58,799 nt of DNA from a virus (taxonomy: Duplodnaviria > Caudoviricetes): the IMG/VR virus record IMGVR_UViG_3300046779_002192, positions 1 to 58,799 of that record; one strand, 5' to 3'. Positions 45,634 through 52,147 of the stretch are shown here, piece after piece. Position 1 is the stretch's first letter; each line of letters starts with the position of its first letter. Under the pieces are notes generated by a model. The model saw nothing but the letters and a program-made list of their open reading frames with translations. It was not told the DNA's origin and ran no database searches. Made by a program: the position numbers and the translations under genes.

Positions 45634-45835
45634 TCAAAACTCCAATTTGTATTCCGTTTTTTACAATCTTAATATTACCTTTGATATCCCATCTTTTACG
45701 CATTGCGGCTTCTAGTTCTTCTATTGATTGAAAATCAAGCATGTAGCCATATTCAACTCCCATGCTGTCTTTTTTAACACCATTTATGATGGTTTTGCCG
45801 TCGATGAAAGTGATTATATCAATAACATATACCAA
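45620..45835 (-). CDS. Hypothetical protein (71 aa, TTG start)
   Basis: SD AGGAGG upstream, located inside the hairpin. Confidence 0.55.
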   Translation of the reverse strand: MVYVIDIITFIDGKTIINGVKKDSMGVEYGYMLDFQSIEELEAAMRKRWDIKGNIKIVKNGIQIGVLNGSL

Positions 45836-45836
45836 T

Positions 45837-45876
45837 TAAAAATCCTCCTATCTATAAGTAAATAGGAGGATTTTTA
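45837..45876 (-). terminator. 15-bp hairpin: terminator-like, sequesters the downstream SD, with CTATTTA at the 5' arm/loop
   Basis: TAAAAATCCTCCTAT-TTACTTATAG-ATAGGAGGATTTTTA. Confidence 0.75.
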
Positions 45877-45963
45877 TTATTTGCGAAGTCTACGTGCGCG
45901 TCGTTTCTTGGAACCTAATTTACGCCTACGTCTACCGTGACTATGTGCTGCTTTGTGGCTCAT
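45877..45963 (-). CDS. 28-aa highly basic peptide MSHKAAHSHGRRRRKLGSKKRRARRLRK
   Basis: Not in the ORF track. Fills the gap before the terminator, ends TAA-TAA, has a purine-rich upstream GAGAG. Confidence 0.6.
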   Translation of the reverse strand: MSHKAAHSHGRRRRKLGSKKRRARRLRK

Positions 45964-46102
45964 TTTCTACTCTCTTAAATAATTCAGAACGTCCTAGACG
46001 TTTCTTTTTTTCTTGAAGGTGTGCTAAATCTTCCAATTGGTCATTAGCTTCTTTCTCTGCTACTCTGGTTTTAAACTCAGACTTGTCAAACTGTTTAGCC
46101 AT
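45941..46102 (-). CDS. Hypothetical protein (53 aa, MAKQFDKSEF...)
   Basis: True start is the ATG at 46102 with SD GGAGG, just after tRNA-Gln. Confidence 0.7.
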   Translation of the reverse strand: MAKQFDKSEFKTRVAEKEANDQLEDLAHLQEKKKRLGRSELFKRVENEPQSST

Positions 46103-46119
46103 TTGGCCTCCAAGTAAAG

Positions 46120-46195
46120 TGGATGGGGTGGAAGGACTCGAACCTTCGGTAAGCAGATTCAAAGTCTGCTGTCTTACCAACTTGACGACACCCCA
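46120..46195 (-). tRNA. trnQ: tRNA-Gln(UUG), encoded CCA
   Basis: Acceptor stem TGGGGTG/CACCCCA, anticodon arm GCAGA-CTTTGAA-TCTGC, T arm GAAGG-TTCGAGT-CCTTC, ends T-CCA. Confidence 0.95.
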
Positions 46196-46206
46196 ACGAT
46201 AGATAG

Positions 46207-46234
46207 ATTATAACACCCCACAAGAAGGTGTCAA
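46207..46234 (-). promoter_or_regulatory. Consensus sigma70 promoter TTGACA-N16-TATAAT (extended -10 TG) driving tRNA-Gln
   Basis: TTGACACCTTCTTGTGGGGTGTTATAAT. Confidence 0.8.
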
Positions 46235-46242
46235 GGAATTTT

Positions 46243-47004
46243 TTAAGGAATATCGTATCCTTGGTCTTTCATAATAGTACGAACTAGTCTTCTACCATGA
46301 GCAGAAAGGCGAACAACACCACTATTTGCGTGGTGTGTGCCTAAATAATACATTTTGGTATCAGTTGTTGACCAATATTCATTAGTTTCTTCAGAATCTG
46401 GTACACATGCAAAGAATTTATTCTTATGTTCTGGAGGTAATCTACTTGGAGAATCATATGCTGTAGCATCAGTTCTTTGAAAATAATCAATCTCTCTTTC
46501 ATTTCTTCTTTTCTTTGGTATCAATTTTTTAGCTGCTAAATATTTTACCATATTAAATTGTGGACCATATTCATTATCATCTGTTGATAAATCTTCTTTA
46601 CACTTTATCATTTGTACTGGGAGATGAATAAGTTCAGATTCTGGTATTTCATCTCCCAATTCTGACTCAATATCACTAGCATATACATAATAATGTTCGC
46701 TTTGACTTGCAACCAATGCCTCTGTGGCATCTTCGATAGAAGTAGCCAAAGAAATACGTGGTGTGAAATTGTCTTCGATTACAAAGGAATCTGAGTCTTC
46801 GTAGGGTCTGCTTGTAACTCTTGGATTAAATGTAAATGTATCTTTTGACCTATGAAGGGAAAAAGAACTTAGATGAAAGAATCTAAACAATTCTGCCAAA
46901 AATGATGTTTTAACAAACCCAGAAGATAAAGAATTTGGTACATTATCTACTACAATTGCTTCTTTAAGTTTGGTTTGTTTAGATTCTTTTATCTTTATCT
47001 TCAT
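46243..47004 (-). CDS. Hypothetical protein, possible ADP-ribosyltransferase-like fold, with an N-terminal head-protein-type leader
   Basis: Leader MKIKIKESKQTKLKE; FHLS...FNPRV...PRISLATSI...VPD..ETNEYW pattern. ART assignment is tentative. Confidence 0.4.
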   Translation of the reverse strand: MKIKIKESKQTKLKEAIVVDNVPNSLSSGFVKTSFLAELFRFFHLSSFSLHRSKDTFTFNPRVTSRPYEDSDSFVIEDNFTPRISLATSIEDATEALVASQSEHYYVYASDIESELGDEIPESELIHLPVQMIKCKEDLSTDDNEYGPQFNMVKYLAAKKLIPKKRRNEREIDYFQRTDATAYDSPSRLPPEHKNKFFACVPDSEETNEYWSTTDTKMYYLGTHHANSGVVRLSAHGRRLVRTIMKDQGYDIP

Positions 47005-47007
47005 ATT

Positions 47008-47715
47008 TTATCCTATTTTAACGCCCCTAACGGTCATTGGAGCGGCCAAATCCCACTTTCCAGCATCAGCCAAAGCTTTCATAGCATCAATTCTATAAAC
47101 TGTCTTTTGAACTAATGGATTTGAGTTGCCAGCGAGCCAATTTCTTCTAGCATTTAAGAAAGCAAGAACCCAAGCTTTTTCATCGCCACCGTTAGCTGGT
47201 GATTTCTCTGGAAACAATTGTCTTAATGAACTAACTCTTCCGGGACCAGAGTGAATGCATGTATCATAAATTACTAAATGACCAAGTGCAGACTTGATTC
47301 CAATATTTGTACAATGATTTACTGCTGGTAGCCAGTAGTTTTTGTCAAATACTTCATCTTGTGCTTGCTTCATTAGAGGGTCGTCACCAGCAGATTTAAG
47401 AAGATTGATTAATGAATTTAACCAAGCTGGGTAATTTGCTGTAACATTATTGAACTTAGCAGACTCGTTTGTTGCAAGATAACCCATATATTGCTTTAGT
47501 GGCTCGGCATGTTGTCCACCCAATTCAATATAACGCTTACAAACAAGGTCTAATGAACCTGCTTTGTCAGTACATTGATGCTTGCCATATGAAATACCTG
47601 CTCCATCATTGAGAATTGAGCAAGTGCCATATGATTTAGCTGATGGAACTTTGCCTGTTTCAAATATTGCTACGACACAATCAATCGCGTGTCTTTGTTG
47701 TTCTGTTAAACTCAT
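47008..47715 (-). CDS. Putative endolysin, GH46 chitosanase / lysozyme-like fold
   Basis: AIFETG (Glu), NDGAGISYG (Asp), MKQAQDEVFDKNYWLPA, YDTCIHSG, EKAWV.AFL.ARR. Confidence 0.75.
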   Translation of the reverse strand: MSLTEQQRHAIDCVVAIFETGKVPSAKSYGTCSILNDGAGISYGKHQCTDKAGSLDLVCKRYIELGGQHAEPLKQYMGYLATNESAKFNNVTANYPAWLNSLINLLKSAGDDPLMKQAQDEVFDKNYWLPAVNHCTNIGIKSALGHLVIYDTCIHSGPGRVSSLRQLFPEKSPANGGDEKAWVLAFLNARRNWLAGNSNPLVQKTVYRIDAMKALADAGKWDLAAPMTVRGVKIG

Positions 47716-47720
47716 TGTTT

Positions 47721-48440
47721 TTATTCCTTTGGAGGTCTACCTGCTGTGCCTTTGACTTTTTTCTCCAACTTAACTAGTCTTCCTTCTAAATCTTCTGCAT
47801 CAAAACCAGCAGAAAATGAAGAAGTTTTCTTTTCTACAGAAACTAGTTTACCCTCAATAGCAGCCAACTTTGCTTCTAATGCAGCGTTAGCGGCTTGGCA
47901 TGGTGGTGGTTGGGCACCATTAAGACCTTGAGCCTGTGCTTGGATTTCAAGTTTTTTCATTTCTTGTTCGTGCTTTTGTTCAGCAAACTTTTGATAGAAT
48001 TTCCAACCTGCTCCACCACCAACTACAGCGAGGATTGCTAATATTATAGCAACGCCCCCGCCGCCGCCTGTAGATGTGAGTATCGCATTGATATCGAAAG
48101 GAGCCGCACTAGGCTCGCCTACAATTGCATGTGTCTCAACGGGTGGGGCTTGGACAGGTACGACAGCTACAGGAGCTTGTGGAGCCTCCTGTGGGGCTTG
48201 GACGGGTTGTGGTTGTTCTACTTGTTTAACAGGTTCCATAGCAATTGACACCTCCTTGGGGTTAAATGTATCTTTTTGCACCTCTGGTTTATTATCTAAT
48301 ACAATATCTGTTTGTTGCTCCGTAATATAAAAGCGAAGCACAACACCTTGTTCAATTATACATTCTGGGTTTTTTAACTGCGCCATATCTTCGACGCTCG
48401 TAACGTCAATAACATCGCCACTTTTGTAATGACAATCCAT
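47721..48440 (-). CDS. Single-TM membrane protein (candidate holin / lysis accessory)
   Basis: P/Q/A/V linker, TM segment GGGVAIILAILAVVGGGAGWKFY, C-terminal coiled coil; immediately upstream of the endolysin under a late motif. Confidence 0.5.
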   Translation of the reverse strand: MDCHYKSGDVIDVTSVEDMAQLKNPECIIEQGVVLRFYITEQQTDIVLDNKPEVQKDTFNPKEVSIAMEPVKQVEQPQPVQAPQEAPQAPVAVVPVQAPPVETHAIVGEPSAAPFDINAILTSTGGGGGVAIILAILAVVGGGAGWKFYQKFAEQKHEQEMKKLEIQAQAQGLNGAQPPPCQAANAALEAKLAAIEGKLVSVEKKTSSFSAGFDAEDLEGRLVKLEKKVKGTAGRPPKE

Positions 48441-48445
48441 GTATA

Positions 48446-48452
48446 TAAATAG
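48446..48452 (-). promoter_or_regulatory. Putative late promoter motif CTATTTA, 5 nt before the ATG
   Basis: Minus strand reads AAACTATTTATATACATG. Confidence 0.6.
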
Positions 48453-48453
48453 T

Positions 48454-48828
48454 TTATTTTTTAGCTTTTAGCTTAAGCAATTCTTCGCTACCATACTTTT
48501 TCAATATCTCAAGATACTGCGAATAATCTAGCCCTAAAAATAATGCTGCCTCATGATGCGACTTACATATTGAAGCAGCATAGTTTAGCATTGCTTGTTT
48601 ACAGAAAAACGGTATAGAAGTCCACAACTTCATACCAGACAATTTATAATTTATAGATTTACTTGTTAGTTCTAGCTTTAAAGCAACAATCTCCTCCAGA
48701 GTAAGATTATTTAACATAAATTCAAACTCTGGAGAAGATTTGTTTTGCTTTCTTAAGTTATCAGCATGAGAAAATCGGTAATAGACACCTTTTGTTATTG
48801 TTCTATCTCTTTTCGCCCAATGCATCAA
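48454..48828 (-). CDS. Hypothetical protein with a possible C-terminal Fis-like HTH
   Basis: SHHEAALFLGLDYSQYLEILKKYG. Confidence 0.5.
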   Translation of the reverse strand: MMHWAKRDRTITKGVYYRFSHADNLRKQNKSSPEFEFMLNNLTLEEIVALKLELTSKSINYKLSGMKLWTSIPFFCKQAMLNYAASICKSHHEAALFLGLDYSQYLEILKKYGSEELLKLKAKK

Positions 48829-48833
48829 TCACT

Positions 48834-49637
48834 CTATGCTGGTGGAGGAGGGGCTGGTGCCTCTTCTTCTGGTCCTGTGCCAGCTAATGGCTCTGCTGTA
48901 CCTTGGTCTTCTTCTGCCTTACGTTTCTTTTCTTGCTCGTATTCTGGAGTAGTTGGCTCGGCTTCTGGTACTGCATCCATTTCTTCTTCAAACTTATCAA
49001 AATAAAGTTTAAGATTTGTTATTAGATAATCATAGAATAACTCTCTATCTTTATTATCATCTAATAATGAATATGCATCAGCAATAGATTTCTCAATCTT
49101 CTTATAAGTTTGCATAGCCATATTTCTACCAGTAGTGTCTAGATTTTGACCTTCTAGACCTTGTGAGAATTGGTCTTCTGGTGATAATTGCTCTTCTTCT
49201 GGTGTTTCGTCACTTCCAAGAACGTCAATAAACTTTTCTTCATCTGAAATACCTAGTTTACCGTCTTCTCCAGCACCAATTGTAACGGCTTCCTCAATTT
49301 TTGAAGCAACATACATATATTCAGTAGAAAGAGAGTTTTGCACAGCATTAAGAATGTGTGACCTAAATGACTTTCTTTGATTTTCTGATGTTGTGAGAAT
49401 TTTAAAATCGGCTTGAATTACTGGTATAATCTTCTTTAATAAATCTTCTAATACATTTATACCTGTTGAAGCATGTTTTGGTTGGTCCTCACCAGCTTCT
49501 GTTAATAGTTTGCGAATGATATGACGTAGTTTATTCTCTTCGTGAATTCTTCTACGCTCTTCGTTTAATTTTCTATTTTGATTAATTCTAATTGCTTGAC
49601 GAATGTATTGTCTAAGCATTTGTTCTTCGTTATTCAT
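48834..49637 (-). CDS. Acidic putative internal head protein
   Basis: LRQYIRQAI, KLNE, LRHIIRKLLTE and IEE motifs; acidic Pro-rich tail. Confidence 0.5.
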   Translation of the reverse strand: MNNEEQMLRQYIRQAIRINQNRKLNEERRRIHEENKLRHIIRKLLTEAGEDQPKHASTGINVLEDLLKKIIPVIQADFKILTTSENQRKSFRSHILNAVQNSLSTEYMYVASKIEEAVTIGAGEDGKLGISDEEKFIDVLGSDETPEEEQLSPEDQFSQGLEGQNLDTTGRNMAMQTYKKIEKSIADAYSLLDDNKDRELFYDYLITNLKLYFDKFEEEMDAVPEAEPTTPEYEQEKKRKAEEDQGTAEPLAGTGPEEEAPAPPPPA

Positions 49638-51669
49638 TTTCTAATTCCTTGTTTACTAGGTCTATCAGTTCATTACTGTTATATTTTCTTGGTTTTTCTT
49701 TGTTACTTATCATTGGTGCGCCTTCAACTGCGCCTCCTCCACCAAGAGATATCTCTAGTAGTATATTCATAACTTCATCAATAAACAAGTCTTCATTTAC
49801 GCCTTGTGGCATTAATTTATTTCTCATTATAGCATGAACTTCTTCACTATAATTTCCAAATAAATCTGTAATAAATTTAACTTGGTCTTCTTCATTTAAT
49901 GAAGCAAACTGTCTTCTTAATTCTGATGCAGATGTAGCGGGTACTCCAAGAACATTAAATTGAACTGTTGGAACAGTTGTTACATAAGCATGTTTATCCA
50001 TTGTTTCTATATAGTTTTCTGCATATGGTTGTAAATAACTTTGACTACCATCTTGCTTTGCTTTAAATGCAAATCTTGGGTCTTCTCTCATATCTTTTTC
50101 TGAGACACCGTAAACAACTATGGTTTTTGTAGGGTCTTTATCTGAAAAGTTAAATGCTATTTCTCTGGCATGATATGGAGTATTAACACGAACAACTTTT
50201 TGTGGGTCAATACCAGCTAATTGCATCATCTTAAGTTTTTCTTCAAATGTAAATGGAGACTTTGGTAATTCTACCTTACCACTTGTAAAAATATAAGTGT
50301 TTTCTGGTCCATATTTACTAGCTAATGCATCATAAGCTGTTTTGTGACCTTTGTGAAATGGGTGAAAACGACCGGGATATATTGCAATTAATTGTTTTCC
50401 AACTTGGTCTAATACTTCATTAACTGCTGATTTCTTAAGTGGTGGTAGATTTCCTCTACCATATCTGAATAGTCCTAGTAACTGATTTACAGGAGCAAAG
50501 TTGCCTGTGAATTTATAAACTTGGTCACCAATTTGAAACACAAATCCTTCTACCGATGTGTTTACGTTTTCTATATTCTTTAATTTCTTTAATTGTTTTG
50601 CTAATATACCCCAAGCTTCTTCCTTACCTTCGCCTTCATATGCTTGAATTGCTTGAATTGCATCTGCAACTTCTGCTTTTATTCTTCCTACTTCATCTTC
50701 TTGATTTAAAACATAAGCTGATTGTACGCCTTTAAGTAATTCAACTGCAAAATCATGTATAGCATTTTCTATTGGTTCTATTGCTTGAGATAATAATTGT
50801 TTTTCTTGAGCTAATATATTACTTATTTTATCTATAAATACTTGTTGATTTCCTACTTCTTTCTTTAATACTGTTAAATTACTAGCTGGTCTTCCAAGTA
50901 GTCTATTGGTTAATTGCTCTGCTACTTTAGGAAAGTCTCCCAATTCTTGGGCAACTGCTGGATATATGCGAGAATACATATAATCTCCAACGGTCATATC
51001 ACCGCTGAATCCTGCATCTTGTATTTGTTTCAGTACATTGTCTAATATTGTTTTATCTGAGACACCTTGTAACTTCTGTAATGCTGTTTGTTGTACTCTA
51101 AAATTAACTCCAGATAGTGCTTGTTCAAATCTATCTGTTGCTTTATCTAATACTTGTGATATTCTTGATAATTCTTCTGGTGGTATTACTTCTATTTCGT
51201 CTGTTTCTGGCTTGTAACGTTTGTGTCCAGAACGGTGTATGGACAAAGCATTTCTATCATAGTTAATTACGTTTGTCAAGCCAGCCATAATCTCTGTATT
51301 TAAGAAGGTTCTGCCGTCTTTTCCAAATAATATTTGTTTTTCTTGTTCTGAAAGTGTTTGAACTGCTTGTTCAAACGCCGCAAACGCATCATTATAAATC
51401 TTTTTAATACCTTCGCCACCTTTAAACTCACGATTCATTAAATCGCGAGCATCCATACCATTGTTTCTAAAATCTGTTTTATTTCGTACTGCCTTTGCTC
51501 TACCATCATTATAGCCAAGATAGATATTGAAACCATCAGTCTTTTCAGTTCCAATTAAGCTTCCTTGTGATGCTTTTGTTAGAATAGACTCTAACTCATT
51601 GTATGTCAAGTCACGATTGTCATACAAATGTTGTAAGTGCCCAGCAGCACCACCTTCTTTTAGGAGCAT
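49630..51669 (-). CDS. Fusion of a ligase-like covalent nucleotidyltransferase domain (DUF6267-like) and a HIGH-motif nucleotidyltransferase
   Basis: GHLQHLYD, TEKTDG (KxDG), EGFVF, YKFTG in the N-terminal part; IYPGRFHPFHKGH...SPFTFEEK...SASELR in the C-terminal part. Confidence 0.7.
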   Translation of the reverse strand: MLLKEGGAAGHLQHLYDNRDLTYNELESILTKASQGSLIGTEKTDGFNIYLGYNDGRAKAVRNKTDFRNNGMDARDLMNREFKGGEGIKKIYNDAFAAFEQAVQTLSEQEKQILFGKDGRTFLNTEIMAGLTNVINYDRNALSIHRSGHKRYKPETDEIEVIPPEELSRISQVLDKATDRFEQALSGVNFRVQQTALQKLQGVSDKTILDNVLKQIQDAGFSGDMTVGDYMYSRIYPAVAQELGDFPKVAEQLTNRLLGRPASNLTVLKKEVGNQQVFIDKISNILAQEKQLLSQAIEPIENAIHDFAVELLKGVQSAYVLNQEDEVGRIKAEVADAIQAIQAYEGEGKEEAWGILAKQLKKLKNIENVNTSVEGFVFQIGDQVYKFTGNFAPVNQLLGLFRYGRGNLPPLKKSAVNEVLDQVGKQLIAIYPGRFHPFHKGHKTAYDALASKYGPENTYIFTSGKVELPKSPFTFEEKLKMMQLAGIDPQKVVRVNTPYHAREIAFNFSDKDPTKTIVVYGVSEKDMREDPRFAFKAKQDGSQSYLQPYAENYIETMDKHAYVTTVPTVQFNVLGVPATSASELRRQFASLNEEDQVKFITDLFGNYSEEVHAIMRNKLMPQGVNEDLFIDEVMNILLEISLGGGGAVEGAPMISNKEKPRKYNSNELIDLVNKELENE

Positions 51670-51941
51670 TAGACTATATCCTTATCTTTATTTTTTTCTT
51701 CTTCCAAGACCTTGACTTGTTCTTCAAGAACCTGTACTCTTTCTTCCAACTTCATAACACTTCTTCTTACTTCAAGCAAATGACTTTTAGCTATTTCTAA
51801 TCTTCTTTCATCTGTCCTTGACTTTGGCGAAATAGAGTTTATAATCTCTGTTATAGACTGAAGGTATGAGCGCGTACTTGGCTCACTACGACCTTCATTA
51901 ATTATAAAACTTCTTGTAATATTATTCAGTAATTGTTTCAT
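51669..51941 (-). CDS. Hypothetical coiled-coil protein (90 aa)
   Basis: FIINE motif; C-terminal heptads; coupled to neighbouring genes. Confidence 0.65.
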   Translation of the reverse strand: MKQLLNNITRSFIINEGRSEPSTRSYLQSITEIINSISPKSRTDERRLEIAKSHLLEVRRSVMKLEERVQVLEEQVKVLEEEKNKDKDIV

Positions 51942-52146
51942 CTTTAGCTTCTTTAACTTCTACTTTAGATTGTTTTTTTGGCTTTACAACTTCTTTAACT
52001 TGTTCAACAGCTTGTTCTACTGGTTGAACAACTTCTTCTTTGGCTGTCTCAGTAACAACATCAACTGTTGTTTTAACAGCTTCTGTTAGTGCTTCTGCTG
52101 TTTTTGCCCATTGTTGTCTTAATCTAAACAATTTAGTGGCTTTCAT
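51922..52146 (-). CDS. Hypothetical protein (74 aa, MKATKLFRLR...)
   Basis: ATG immediately after the TAA of the upstream gene; E/V/K/T-rich. Confidence 0.6.
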   Translation of the reverse strand: MKATKLFRLRQQWAKTAEALTEAVKTTVDVVTETAKEEVVQPVEQAVEQVKEVVKPKKQSKVEVKEAKDETITE

Positions 52147-52147
52147 T

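Noticed and set aside
46103-46180. N-terminal extension of ORF 45941..46180
   Set aside because: Overlaps tRNA-Gln; the true start is the ATG at 46102 with SD GGAGG.
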